A stretch of DNA of 64,000 nt, from contig OZ257142.1 of the NCBI GenBank assembly GCA_965279035.1, positions 1,760,001 through 1,824,000 on the forward strand, read 5' to 3'. Of the stretch, positions 10,161 through 20,370 are shown piece after piece. Source of the stretch: Bacteroidia bacterium (GTDB taxonomy: Bacteria; Bacteroidota; Bacteroidia; M30B66). A program made the position numbers and the translations under genes. A model generated the notes under the pieces. The model made no database searches. It was not told where the DNA came from and worked only from the letters and a program-made list of their open reading frames with translations. The first letter of the stretch is position 1; each line of letters begins with the position of its first letter.

Positions 10161-10579
10161 TATATTTCTTTTCCTAAATATTCGACATAATTATTTTCAG
10201 TCTCAAACAATTTAATACTGTGCAACACGCAGCCATTGGCTCGAATTACTTCTTCTAATTGCTCCCAAATTTTCATTGCCAAGTTTTCGGTTGATGGCAT
10301 AATTCCTTTCATGAAATCAACATCCAAGTTCAGGTTTTTATGATCCAATTTTTCAGTTACTCGTTCTTGAATGAGTGCACTTAAGATTTTAAGATCAATA
10401 ACAAATCCTGTTACCTCGCTTGGAATTCCTTTAACTGTTACATGCAAATTGAAATTATGCCCATGCCAGTTTGTATTAGCGCATTTGCCAAATACTTCCC
10501 GGTTCTTTTCTTCCGACCACTCTGGACGCGCTAATTTATGAGCAGCATTAAAGTGTTCCTTCCGTGTAATGTAAATCAT
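10160..10579 (-). CDS. queD: 6-carboxy-5,6,7,8-tetrahydropterin synthase (PTPS family)
   Basis: FNAAHKL, GKCAN..WHGHN, LDHKNLN, STENLA, ETENN; overlaps folE start; TATCTTTG promoter element at 10596-10603. Confidence 0.9.
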   Translation of the reverse strand: MIYITRKEHFNAAHKLARPEWSEEKNREVFGKCANTNWHGHNFNLHVTVKGIPSEVTGFVIDLKILSALIQERVTEKLDHKNLNLDVDFMKGIMPSTENLAMKIWEQLEEVIRANGCVLHSIKLFETENNYVEYLGKEI

Positions 10580-10889
10580 TCGAGTTGAGTTGCCGCAAAG
10601 ATAAGGAGGTTCTCTTTGGAAACTATTGATTGGGAAAATATGTCATTTAAGCTTAATGCTTTGTTTTATAAATATCGCTAATAGACATCTTAATTGTATT
10701 GTATCTAAAAGTAGATTTCAATGAATAAACTTTATACGATGCAAAAGAAAATTAGAATTATCAAAATGAAAAGGATGCTTCTATTTTATTTAATTAATCT
10801 ATTAATTGATTGAATCCAATTCAACTATTTTTATTTCTGAAATCTAACTTTCATTATTGTGATTAAAAAGAAATCGATTTTATTAAAAC

Positions 10890-10916
10890 AAAAAAGTCGG
10901 AGATTTCTCCCCGACT
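10890..10916 (-). terminator. Rho-independent terminator
   Basis: agtcgg / ccgact stem with T tract on minus strand. Confidence 0.7.
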
Positions 10917-10940
10917 AATTGTTCAAATTATGCTATCGAA

Positions 10941-11975
10941 TTACATGACAATAAATCTTCTCATACCTGAAGAATTCTTGTCTGAAAGACGCAATACATA
11001 AGATCCTGATTCAATTCCATCTAAGTGGAAATTAATTAGCATTGATTGTTGATTACTAATATTAATCTTTCTAATTAGTTGTCCTGTAATGGAGAAAATT
11101 TCAGCACTTAAATTTTCTGTTGTAGAAGCTGGAAGTTGAATAAATAATTGATCTTTTGCTGGGTTTGGGTAAACATTAAAATCCAATTGATCACTTATAT
11201 TCTCAATTCCTACAGTAGGTACTGAACTCACTGTTCCAGAAACTGTTTCATTGCCATCAACTGAAAAAGTTGTTTGTGATAAAAGCGAAGCACCTTTGCT
11301 TTGAGCAGAAACCCAATTGTAAATAGTAGATTCATATTCATACACTTGTGGTGTACCTCCGAAATTAATGCTGTCAGAATAAATTTGAATCGTTTTAATT
11401 CGAAGAACATTAGTGAAAGTTCCTAATGGAGTAGTTAATGTTCCATATCCATCGCAAATTACTGTTTGACTACCTTCTCGAAAGTATGTATAAGATGTAC
11501 CTCCAACTGATGTAGTTGTTGTTCCTCCAATTGGTTGAGTGAAACTTGAATTGAATGTAAATGGGAAACGGAAAAGATCCATGTCAGGAGTAAACTGTGA
11601 TACAGTTTCGCTTCCTGCTTGCGATATATAAACACCATCAATTGCAAAAGAATTAGATGTTGCCTTCAAATACGTATAACCAGTAGTACCTCCCATGGAA
11701 GTAACTGATTGACATAAATTTGCTTGTGGGAAGTTTGACATACCTGGTTTACCAGCTGGATTCATGAATGTATTATTCGTTTCATTTTCAACGATAATAT
11801 TAGCAAAGTTCCAAGTCGAATTAGCTCCAGTAGAAGTGATATCAATCGAACTTGGATTTGTTACATCTTTTGTTAGAAAGGTATAACTGACATTATACAT
11901 ATCAGTACTGTTAAAAGTTGGCTGAGCCGATAGTACTGAACTCAATAGTACAAATAGGAGTAGAGGGTTTTTCAT
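10941..11975 (-). CDS. T9SS type A sorting domain protein
   Basis: Signal peptide; GANSTWNF, DGYGTLTTPLGTF; CTD VYPNPAKD...GSYVLRL...RRFIV; TATATTTG at 11993-12000. Confidence 0.88.
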   Translation of the reverse strand: MKNPLLLFVLLSSVLSAQPTFNSTDMYNVSYTFLTKDVTNPSSIDITSTGANSTWNFANIIVENETNNTFMNPAGKPGMSNFPQANLCQSVTSMGGTTGYTYLKATSNSFAIDGVYISQAGSETVSQFTPDMDLFRFPFTFNSSFTQPIGGTTTTSVGGTSYTYFREGSQTVICDGYGTLTTPLGTFTNVLRIKTIQIYSDSINFGGTPQVYEYESTIYNWVSAQSKGASLLSQTTFSVDGNETVSGTVSSVPTVGIENISDQLDFNVYPNPAKDQLFIQLPASTTENLSAEIFSITGQLIRKINISNQQSMLINFHLDGIESGSYVLRLSDKNSSGMRRFIVM

Positions 11976-12391
11976 ATTAGTTTAAGTTTAAACAAATATA
12001 ACAATTGAAAAAGGTTAACAAAACGTATAGTAATTTATATAGCCAACTGAATAAAAGTAATATGAACAGAGGATATTGCTATGAATGGTTTTAAAATTAT
12101 GTTTGATTTACTCATTATTGAATTATTTTCATTAATGAATGATTTAATAAACAAATCGTGAATATTGACTAGTATTATTATTTATCAAATACTATTCACT
12201 TGTTATAAATGGCTATAAAACTCAGCATTTTAACAATTATTTTAATAGATAAATCATTCAGATTTCCATTAAATCAATATCATTCTTCTTATTAAATCAA
12301 CTTGTTCTTTTACATTACATAAGTATTCAGATTTTATTGTGACGGATAAATTCTTTCTTAATAAGTAGTATTCAAATTATTTTCATTTTCT

Positions 12392-12421
12392 TCCTAACGT
12401 TTTCAAATTGCTCCGTCATTA
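12392..12421 (+). promoter_or_regulatory. Candidate ECF-sigma promoter (AAC-N15-CGTC)
   Basis: cctAACgttttcaaattgctcCGTCatta ending about 30 nt before the first gene of an ECF-containing operon. Confidence 0.45.
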
Positions 12422-12446
12422 GGGTGTACACAAACTCAACTGCGTT

Positions 12447-13259
12447 ATGAAAATCTTTAATACGCTCTTCTTAATCCTGATTGCTGGCGGATTTCTGCCT
12501 ACACATGCTCAATCTAAAGTGACTGAAACTTCACCTTGGACAATTCGACTGAATGCAGGAATACAATCGTTCTCCACTTCGGGAATTGCTAAAAGTCGAA
12601 ATCAAGTGAATTTTGAATCTTCATCATTTGCAGCGAATGCTCCAACCTACACGCAGGAAAGTGGAATAGTGGGGCTTGCGCTTGAAGCAGCTGTTTTATA
12701 CCGTATAAAGCCAGCTATGCGTCTTGGAATGATGATGAATGCCTTTCGGGATGATGACGAATATATAGGTCAGACGGATAAAGCAATGAGTATTTCTCAA
12801 ATTCTTACCGATTCTTTGCATTCACTTAGCATTCGAAATATGCAATCGTATATCAACCTAGGACTGAATTATGAATATGATTTTATACTTCCATCTCACG
12901 ATCGACATAAGATTACGCTTGGACTTGCTAGCGGTTTAACAATCAATCGAACTCCCGATCGAACAGAATATGATGTGTTTAATGATCGACATTATGTGAA
13001 GTTTCCAGTGAATGGATCTAGCGATGATTGGTATATCACGCATACGCATTTTTATTCTGGATGGTTTGTAATGCCATCGATTGCTTATGGATTTAAGGTA
13101 TGGAAAAATAACTGGATTCAATTTTCAATTGCTACATCCATGCATCGATTATCAAGTGCCGGACAAGTAGAAATTCTTGATAAAGTATCCTCGGGAAGTC
13201 TTGATAAGACGCCCTATTCACTCCGTTCAATACAGTACAAAATTGGATATTCATTTTAA
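12447..13259 (+). CDS. Outer-membrane beta-barrel protein (hypothetical)
   Basis: Signal peptide; amphipathic strands; C-terminal beta-signal YKIGYSF. Confidence 0.7.
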   Translation: MKIFNTLFLILIAGGFLPTHAQSKVTETSPWTIRLNAGIQSFSTSGIAKSRNQVNFESSSFAANAPTYTQESGIVGLALEAAVLYRIKPAMRLGMMMNAFRDDDEYIGQTDKAMSISQILTDSLHSLSIRNMQSYINLGLNYEYDFILPSHDRHKITLGLASGLTINRTPDRTEYDVFNDRHYVKFPVNGSSDDWYITHTHFYSGWFVMPSIAYGFKVWKNNWIQFSIATSMHRLSSAGQVEILDKVSSGSLDKTPYSLRSIQYKIGYSF

Positions 13260-13277
13260 TTAAAAGAATACGAAATC

Positions 13278-14141
13278 ATGAGAAATTATAGTATTTATTG
13301 TGTTCTTTTTTTGATGATGACGAGCACGTGTTTGAAAGCTCAAGTGCAACGCGATCAGGATTTGGTGACTTTGAAAAACGGATATCAATTGTTGGGGTAT
13401 GTGATAGAACAACGCCCGGGTAAGTTGATTAAGGTGTATCGCCCAGTTGAAAACGATACGGTAGAAGTGGCTCTCACGGATGTGGCGAAACTGACGAAAA
13501 TTTGGGTTCAACCTTTTTCAGAAAAGAAAATGGAAGCTCGCGATTCGATAATTCCAGGAAGATTTAATAACAAGAAGAATGTCTTTACTGTAACTTATGT
13601 TTGGCAGGTGTTGGATATTGAGCAGAAGGCGCGTAGAGGACTTGGTTTTTCTTGGAACAGAAGTATTTCGAGAAATTATCAAGCTGGATTGGGTACAATC
13701 GTGTTTGGTCGACAAAATCCCATGCCGCAACGAAGCGAATGGTTTACTTCTTTTGTGAATCATTCTTTTATGCAGGTTCATGTTTTATTCTCAAATCAAA
13801 TTAGGTTAGGGAAAAAGGTTCAGAACCATCGATTTTCAACGCTCTTAAGTGTAAATCCAGGTTGGGTGATTGATAGAACGAAAACCACATTTAATTCAGG
13901 TGATGGTGATCTTAAATTGGGGTATGAGCAATCTCGTGGTGGTTTTACATTTCAAACGGGAATTGTTTTTCGGATAAATCCAGATAATCAATCAGGATTT
14001 GCTTTGGAACCTGGTTATTCATTTTATGGTCATCAGGTAAAGCAATTTGCTAGTGAGCCAGGCACGGCGGGCTCGACCTATCTCGGTTTTCGACGTGAAA
14101 TGAACCACCTTTTTACGCTCAAGCTTTCGTATTTCTTTTAA
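13278..14141 (+). CDS. Outer-membrane protein with small N-terminal beta domain (hypothetical)
   Basis: Signal peptide; DLVTLKNG..LLGYVIEQ N-domain; C-terminal LKLSYFF. Confidence 0.7.
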   Translation: MRNYSIYCVLFLMMTSTCLKAQVQRDQDLVTLKNGYQLLGYVIEQRPGKLIKVYRPVENDTVEVALTDVAKLTKIWVQPFSEKKMEARDSIIPGRFNNKKNVFTVTYVWQVLDIEQKARRGLGFSWNRSISRNYQAGLGTIVFGRQNPMPQRSEWFTSFVNHSFMQVHVLFSNQIRLGKKVQNHRFSTLLSVNPGWVIDRTKTTFNSGDGDLKLGYEQSRGGFTFQTGIVFRINPDNQSGFALEPGYSFYGHQVKQFASEPGTAGSTYLGFRREMNHLFTLKLSYFF

Positions 14142-14153
14142 CGATTTTCGAGC

Positions 14154-14699
14154 GTGAAGGAGATTTCCATCGAGGAAGACCTTGTTGAAGGCTGCAAGCA
14201 ACGCAAGGCGGATGCTCAGGAAGCGGTTTACAGGAAGGCGTATGCTCCTTTTATGCAGATATGTTTGCGCTATACAGGTAATTACGAGGACGCTGTAAAT
14301 GTATTACAAGATTCATTTCTGAAAATATTTACCCGTGTGGATGCCTATACTGGAAAGGGTGCTTTTGTTGGATGGATGAAACGGATTGTAGTCAATTCTG
14401 CGATTGATTTTGTTAGGAAGCAAAAGCAGGAAAGTATCGTCTCGCTCGAAAAAGCAGGTGAGTTAGCCGAAGAGGTGGATTCAGAAAAAGAATGGCTTGT
14501 GGATGAGAAACAGCTTATTCAAACGATTTCGGAATTACCTGCAATGCATAAACTGGTTTTTAACCTGTTCGTAATGGACGATTGTTCGCATAAGGAAATT
14601 GCCGAACGTTTGTCAATATCAGTGTCTACGTCGAAGTGGTATCTATTTGATGCCCGAAAAATATTGCAAAAAAAATTAGCTATTTATCTCTATGACTAA
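14154..14699 (+). CDS. ECF (sigma-70 group 4) RNA polymerase sigma factor
   Basis: ICLRY...LQDSFLKIF...GWMKRIVVNSAID; LP...VFNLF...SHKEIAERL...TSK. Confidence 0.95.
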   Translation: MKEISIEEDLVEGCKQRKADAQEAVYRKAYAPFMQICLRYTGNYEDAVNVLQDSFLKIFTRVDAYTGKGAFVGWMKRIVVNSAIDFVRKQKQESIVSLEKAGELAEEVDSEKEWLVDEKQLIQTISELPAMHKLVFNLFVMDDCSHKEIAERLSISVSTSKWYLFDARKILQKKLAIYLYD

Positions 14700-15180
14700 C
14701 CTTCATTCAGAACCGGTAGATCAGTTGTTCCGAAGCGAGTTTGATCGCATCGAGGTTCGTTATAATCCAGTGCATTGGGAACAAATGCAAACACTTCTTG
14801 CTCAAGTGCCAGCGGTGGAGATTAAACAGGATTCATCTGATTCAAACTTGATTAAATCTGTGTTGAAGGCGAAATTGTTTTGGCTTGTTATAGCAGTTTT
14901 GGGGCTTGGCTTAATACTTTTGTTATTCAACAGAATTAATAAACCAGAATCAATTAAGGAAAACAAACTGAAACCAGAATTACCCACTTCTAAACAAGAA
15001 GTTTCTCCACAATTGAATACTTCAAAAACCTGGACTTCAACCCCTGTTGAAACTGAACAAGGAATTAATCAAATAATAACACAAGACACCATTCTTAAAC
15101 GAAAAGCTGTGTTGGATTCTCTGGGCAAAGGAATAAAAGATACAACCAATGGAACGCTAGATAATTTTATTTTTTGGTAA
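14692..15180 (+). CDS. Putative membrane-anchored anti-sigma factor
   Basis: Overlaps sigma stop; VDQLFR...HWEQM N-terminus; one TM helix; low-complexity tail. Confidence 0.6.
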   Translation: MTNLHSEPVDQLFRSEFDRIEVRYNPVHWEQMQTLLAQVPAVEIKQDSSDSNLIKSVLKAKLFWLVIAVLGLGLILLLFNRINKPESIKENKLKPELPTSKQEVSPQLNTSKTWTSTPVETEQGINQIITQDTILKRKAVLDSLGKGIKDTTNGTLDNFIFW

Positions 15181-15373
15181 AAAAATGACTGAATTTATTG
15201 GAAGAAAAAATAGTGCATTTAAATATTTTAAATTGGTAATTAATTTTGTTTGTTAATCTCATACTAGGTGAATTAATTTGAATTAACCGTTCTTATAAAA
15301 CACAGCATAATAGCTTAACTTCCTTTGAACATAGGCTACATTGATTAACTCGTTGCTTTGCTATTTTAAAAAG

Positions 15374-15785
15374 TTTAACGTGTTGTGCGGTTGAATTATC
15401 AATATATTTTTTTTCAAACCAATCAATGAAATAAGGCTGTTAATGCTTCTTGTCTGTATATCATTCATGTTTGTCTACGACGTATTACTTTCTTGTCTTA
15501 ACACACGCTTCGACAAGCTCAGCGTGCATGCAAAGAAGGTCAAGTCTGGACGATGCTGAATACGCTCAAGGCCTTTTTTCGACCATTTTGCTCGGATAAG
15601 CTTTTTTCTCATCTATGTCGAAACACACCCTCGCCGCCCAGACAAAGCCATCGCACTGATCCGTTTTAAACCTAATTTTACATTAAAATAATTTTATTTA
15701 AAAGCCTTTCTCAAGTGTTGAAAATTAACATATGCGATTAACATTATTGAAGATTATATTTAATTTTTAACCGCACAACGGGTAA
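15374..15785 (+). repeat. Modular intergenic repeat (MITE/REPIN-like), copy bounded by 11-bp inverted repeats
   Basis: Core 15461-15677 homologous to 30637-30840 and to minus-strand copies at 49545-50660; IR gttgtgcggtt at 15382-15392 / 15769-15779. Confidence 0.8.
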
Positions 15786-15929
15786 GGTTTAATTAATAAA
15801 AAGCATTATTTAATGAGTATTGCACGATGCTTCATTGAACCTATTTCCTTTCTACTTTGGACTATAAAATGAGTTTTCCAATTATTAAATTTCTTTATAT
15901 GTTTGAAGAAAATTATACACAATGCTATT

Positions 15930-17900
15930 ATGAAAAAGTTCTACAGTTTCTTGTTCGCATTACTAACAACCGCTACTGTTTCACATGCTCAATGGACAAA
16001 TGATCCAAGTAATCCTCAGGTGGTTTGTAATGCAGCCAATGTGCAAAACAAAGTCACTACGATTTCCGATGGTGCTGGTGGTGTGTTTGTGTTTTGGCTT
16101 GATGGCAGAGACAATAATAACCACGATGTATATGGACAACACTACGATAGCATGGGCACTATATTGTGGGATGTAAACGGCAGAGAGGTGATGAATTATG
16201 TTCCAGATATTGTTGCTTATAAATTAATTGCTGATCCTTCAGATAACTCATTCATAATTGCTTCTATTACGCATCAGGCAAATTTTATTGATTCAGCTCG
16301 AGTATCTAAAATAGATTCTGATGGTGCTCCAGTTTGGACTAATGATATTATTGCAGGAGTGTCTTCTGGTTGCTCAGGAACTTCGATTATTTATCTCGAT
16401 AATATTGCTTTGTTAAAAGACAATGCAGCATATACTGTTATGATGACAGTTACATATTGTGGAGGTTCTAATGGAAACAGAATTGGACATTTTACTTCGA
16501 ATGGAACATATACAAGTAGTTTGAGTGGAGATCCCGAAGGTGATCAGAATTATAACGGAAGTCAGGCAATTGCAGCCACTGAAGATGGTACTAATGACGT
16601 GTATTTGTATTATTCGAACGGAAATGGTTCAGGTGCTCATGGTTCTTGTTTAAGAGTATCTGCAGCAGGCGCCACAATCTGGGGACCTGTAGATGTATTA
16701 AATGGTACAAATGGATTGAATTATGAATATCGAGCAGTAAGTGATGCTAGCGGAATTGCATTTGCTTTTGTTTCGACCGGTACTGGTGGAAACCGTGATA
16801 TTTTTCTACGTAAAATTGATTCAGCCGGAAATTGGGCATGGAGCAATTCTATAACTACAGTGTGTAGTGCAGTGAATGACCAAGATAATTTCTACCTTAC
16901 ACAGGATGCTAATTATTATTATTTAATATGGGATGATGCTCGATCAACTGCATGTGGAAATTATTATATCTATTCACAAAAAATAAATAAATCAACAGGT
17001 GCAGTTGAATGGGCTAGCGATGGAATGCTTGTTTTTAACCAATGTACGTATATACCGTATCCCAAAATGTTGCCTCTTCAAAATGGAAAAATCATGATTG
17101 CCAATGAAAGTACCGATGCAACAAATACTTTTTTGGTAAACAAAATCAATGAAGACGGAACTACTGCTTGGACTACTCCAATTACTATTTCCAATTCGAG
17201 TCATGCACCTTTTTATGAAGATTATACTATGGTTGAATCAACTGCAAATAAAATAGTTGCTTGGAGTGATAACAACGAAGTTTATATCTGTAGAATAATT
17301 CAACCTACTATTAATGTTGATTATACTGTATCAGCTTGTTCTGAACTACTTGCATTTGGTCAAACATTCACTCAGAGCGGAACATACACCATCAATTTAA
17401 ATGAAGATACTACTATTACTTTGAACGCTACAATTGATCATCTTGATATTACTGTAACTCAAGATGGATTTAACTTAACGGCCAATCAAGCGGGTGCTCA
17501 GTACGATTGGATTAATTGTAACGGAAATAGTTCAACTGGAATTACGACACAGAATTTCACTGCACCTGATACTGGATATTATGCTGTAGTTCTTAATTAT
17601 GGTACTTGTGGAGCTACTTCCGATTGTATTCATGTATTACCTGATTTTGTTTCTCCACTAAATACTTCTTATGCTATAACTGCATTTCCAAATCCTTTTT
17701 CAAATTCATTTATGATAACGAATGCCAAAGGATATCACATTTCGGTTTATGATGTTTCAGGAAGAATTGTGTTGGAAAAAAACATAGTTGCTGATAGCGA
17801 AAATATTTTAGCTTCTGATATCAAGAATGGTAACTATTTCTGTCGTTTTACCAATAGATCAACCTCCTTTGTGAAAATGATTACTAAAATATCTGAGTAA
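15930..17900 (+). CDS. T9SS type A sorting domain protein with beta-propeller-like N-terminus
   Basis: SDGAGGVFVFWLDGR, DVYGQH repeats; AQYDWINC module; CTD AFPNPF; ATG at 15930. Confidence 0.88.
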   Translation: MKKFYSFLFALLTTATVSHAQWTNDPSNPQVVCNAANVQNKVTTISDGAGGVFVFWLDGRDNNNHDVYGQHYDSMGTILWDVNGREVMNYVPDIVAYKLIADPSDNSFIIASITHQANFIDSARVSKIDSDGAPVWTNDIIAGVSSGCSGTSIIYLDNIALLKDNAAYTVMMTVTYCGGSNGNRIGHFTSNGTYTSSLSGDPEGDQNYNGSQAIAATEDGTNDVYLYYSNGNGSGAHGSCLRVSAAGATIWGPVDVLNGTNGLNYEYRAVSDASGIAFAFVSTGTGGNRDIFLRKIDSAGNWAWSNSITTVCSAVNDQDNFYLTQDANYYYLIWDDARSTACGNYYIYSQKINKSTGAVEWASDGMLVFNQCTYIPYPKMLPLQNGKIMIANESTDATNTFLVNKINEDGTTAWTTPITISNSSHAPFYEDYTMVESTANKIVAWSDNNEVYICRIIQPTINVDYTVSACSELLAFGQTFTQSGTYTINLNEDTTITLNATIDHLDITVTQDGFNLTANQAGAQYDWINCNGNSSTGITTQNFTAPDTGYYAVVLNYGTCGATSDCIHVLPDFVSPLNTSYAITAFPNPFSNSFMITNAKGYHISVYDVSGRIVLEKNIVADSENILASDIKNGNYFCRFTNRSTSFVKMITKISE

Positions 17901-17916
17901 ATTATAATCCGAATTT

Positions 17917-17954
17917 TAAACGCTCCTTCTGTTAATGGTTGGGGCGTTTTTTTT
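17917..17954 (+). terminator. Rho-independent terminator
   Basis: aaacgctcc / ggggcgttt stem followed by T tract. Confidence 0.8.
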
Positions 17955-18319
17955 GCTTGAATAATTTATCTTTAAAAAGCGATGATGAAAAGGAATTTAA
18001 GCTTTTGCTTTTTTTATTTCAAGTTATTCAATTCAAATTCCCCAACATGAAGCCGATGCGAAATAAATGGCAAAAGATCCATTAAGAGGAAAAGCAATTG
18101 AAAATAAAATATTTTAGGGGAATAATCTGGCTTAGAATCGGATGATTTGCTATATTGTCATTCATTGCATTATGATACGAAGGTGATGTATAAGGATTTT
18201 AAGCTGGTATTTGTAAGTAAAAATGAGACGATGTAGGTGGCAAGGTTTTGAGGTAGAAGGAGGTTGAATAAGACAGTGGATTGTATTAAAGACAGGGCAA
18301 TAGAAGAATTATAATGAAC

Positions 18320-19690
18320 CACACCCGTCCAAGACGTTTGTATAACGAAAATACAATCCTGATTTGATGCGAGATTACTCATCAAAGAACGCTCTTTTGA
18401 AAATTAAACCCTCTATAATTTAAAAAAGGGACATTTGTAATTCCAGTTTATCAATTTCGTCATCATCTAAAAAGGGTTTATCAAGCCATTTTTTGAGGTC
18501 AATTTTCACAAAGAGATTTAATCGAATAAAGGACACCAAATTTGAGAGGTGCCAAGAGTGTTTTGCTTCCTTTTGAAGTGTCTTTAAAAGCAGTATGGTG
18601 ATTAGTGCTGTCCAAATCTGTATCAGAACAGCATTCATGCTGGTTCCTATGAAAGACTTGATTTTCAGGTGTGTTTTGATCTCCTTGAAGAACGATTCGA
18701 TGCTCCATCTACGTTTATATAGTTCTGAAATGGTCGATGCTGTCCAAGAAAAATTGTTTGTAAGAAGTTCAAGATATATCTGTTGTTCTTCATCCCAGAT
18801 CTGAACCATTCGGAGCTTTTGCGGGTATTTTTCTTTTGATTGAGGTAAACTCAAAAAGCCTTTCCAGTCGTATTGCAAGTCTGGATTTGCTTCATCGGTT
18901 GGGCTCTTAGTTCGCTCATAAAGTTCAAACTGAATGTTTTCTTTTCCTCGAATAACAAAGAATACTCCTTGTTCATCTAATTTTCTCATCCAGTTAAAAT
19001 CGACATATCCTCTATCAGCTACAACAATGCTTCCTGTGGGAAATTCAATATCATGTGCTGCATTTACATCGTGCTTTTTGCCATCACTCAAATCAGCAAA
19101 AACGGGCATACAGCCGTCAAAGTCAAGGACTGTGTGAAGTTTTATAGCTCCCTTCTTCTTTCGAAATAGTGCCCAGTCGAACACTTTAAGACAAAGGTCA
19201 ATCGTGGTTGAATCGAGCAGATAGATTTTACGTTTGGGAAGCAGCTTTCGGCTTGTTTTTAAGGTTGATTCAAACTGCTCATACAAGTTAAAATACATCG
19301 CTTGAAACAGCTCCCAGTTGCGATGTTGGTTATTATATGCCAACGATGATCGCCTCATGGCTTTTGACACTCCCAGATGATTTAAATCGCCTGTTGCTGA
19401 TCGCATTCCATTGCAAACGTCATTTAAGCTATTAGACTTGGAAAACTGGCAAAAAACCATTGTCACAAAGTGAGACCAAGCATCATTGCCTTTACAATGT
19501 TTATTGGACTCAAACTTTTCTACTAGTTTATTGAAAGAATCTCGCTTAATTTTTTGGAATATCTGAGCAAATAATGTGATCTTCATGCCGGAGTTGGTTT
19601 ATGTTTTTGTGTCGTAACTCAAACATACCGGATTTAATCCGGACCAACTCTATTTTTTTACCCTATTTTAAAACGTCTTGGACGGGTGTG
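18320..19690 (-). mobile_element. IS4-family element B (1371 bp)
   Basis: 20-bp perfect IRs cacacccgtccaagacgttt; 9-bp target duplication ataatgaac at 18311-18319 and 19691-19699. Confidence 0.95.
18420..19586 (-). CDS. IS4-family DDE transposase
   Basis: LDSTTI, AIKLH, ADRGY, YKRRWSIESFFK. Confidence 0.95.
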   Translation of the reverse strand: MKITLFAQIFQKIKRDSFNKLVEKFESNKHCKGNDAWSHFVTMVFCQFSKSNSLNDVCNGMRSATGDLNHLGVSKAMRRSSLAYNNQHRNWELFQAMYFNLYEQFESTLKTSRKLLPKRKIYLLDSTTIDLCLKVFDWALFRKKKGAIKLHTVLDFDGCMPVFADLSDGKKHDVNAAHDIEFPTGSIVVADRGYVDFNWMRKLDEQGVFFVIRGKENIQFELYERTKSPTDEANPDLQYDWKGFLSLPQSKEKYPQKLRMVQIWDEEQQIYLELLTNNFSWTASTISELYKRRWSIESFFKEIKTHLKIKSFIGTSMNAVLIQIWTALITILLLKTLQKEAKHSWHLSNLVSFIRLNLFVKIDLKKWLDKPFLDDDEIDKLELQMSLF

Positions 19691-19720
19691 ATAATGAACA
19701 TTTAAAGCAACATTGCAATT

Positions 19721-20125
19721 ATGAAGACAATAGAACAATACATATCATCCCAAGAAATTGAACGACAAACTATATTGTCTAAAATTCATTATGCAATTTT
19801 AGATGCTGATATAACTGTTCGTGCTCAAATTGGAAAAATGATGGGAAAGGAAATGATACTTTATAATGCACCTGGAACATTTAAATATGGACTTTCTAGT
19901 CTAAAAAATCACATGTCTCTTCACTTAATGCCCATTTATTGCGTTTCAACTTTGCATTCAAAATACAAAGAGTTGTTACCTAATGCTAGTTTCCAAAAAG
20001 GTTGTATCAATTTCACGAATGAGAATGAAGTACCAATTGAAATTTTGAAATTACTATTAGTTGACTGTTCGAAAATTGATCTATTTAAAATCAGAGAAAA
20101 TTATTTAAAATCGAAAAAAAAATAA
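19721..20125 (+). CDS. DUF1801 (YdhG-like) domain protein
   Basis: MKTIEQYI...FKYGLSSLKNHMSLH...KGCINF pattern. Confidence 0.7.
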   Translation: MKTIEQYISSQEIERQTILSKIHYAILDADITVRAQIGKMMGKEMILYNAPGTFKYGLSSLKNHMSLHLMPIYCVSTLHSKYKELLPNASFQKGCINFTNENEVPIEILKLLLVDCSKIDLFKIRENYLKSKKK

Positions 20126-20172
20126 AAAATGCTTGCTTATAATTTTGGCTTTGCTATAAGCAGGCATTTTTT
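20126..20172 (+). terminator. Hairpin/terminator after the DUF1801 gene
   Basis: aaatgcttgcttata / tataagcaggcattt followed by T run. Confidence 0.6.
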
Positions 20173-20370
20173 CTAATTTGAATCATCGTTCAATCTTGGA
20201 ATATTCGACAAATCTTTAGAATTATGTTAACTAATTCTGCTTATCTTAAAGTCACGAAGCCTTACCTACTATTACATCAAAGCAAAATATCAAATGCAAA
20301 AGTTATCAGAAAACTGAGTAGAAAAATCAATAAATGTGGCGATCACTCAAAACAAAAAATGAAAAATAAA

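Noticed and set aside
20224-20370. Long N-terminal extensions in the ORF track (also 585, 8562, 15903, 22232, 51428, 8271/55272)
   Set aside because: Downstream ATGs give typical signal peptides or family N-termini; the extensions run through spacers or promoter hairpins
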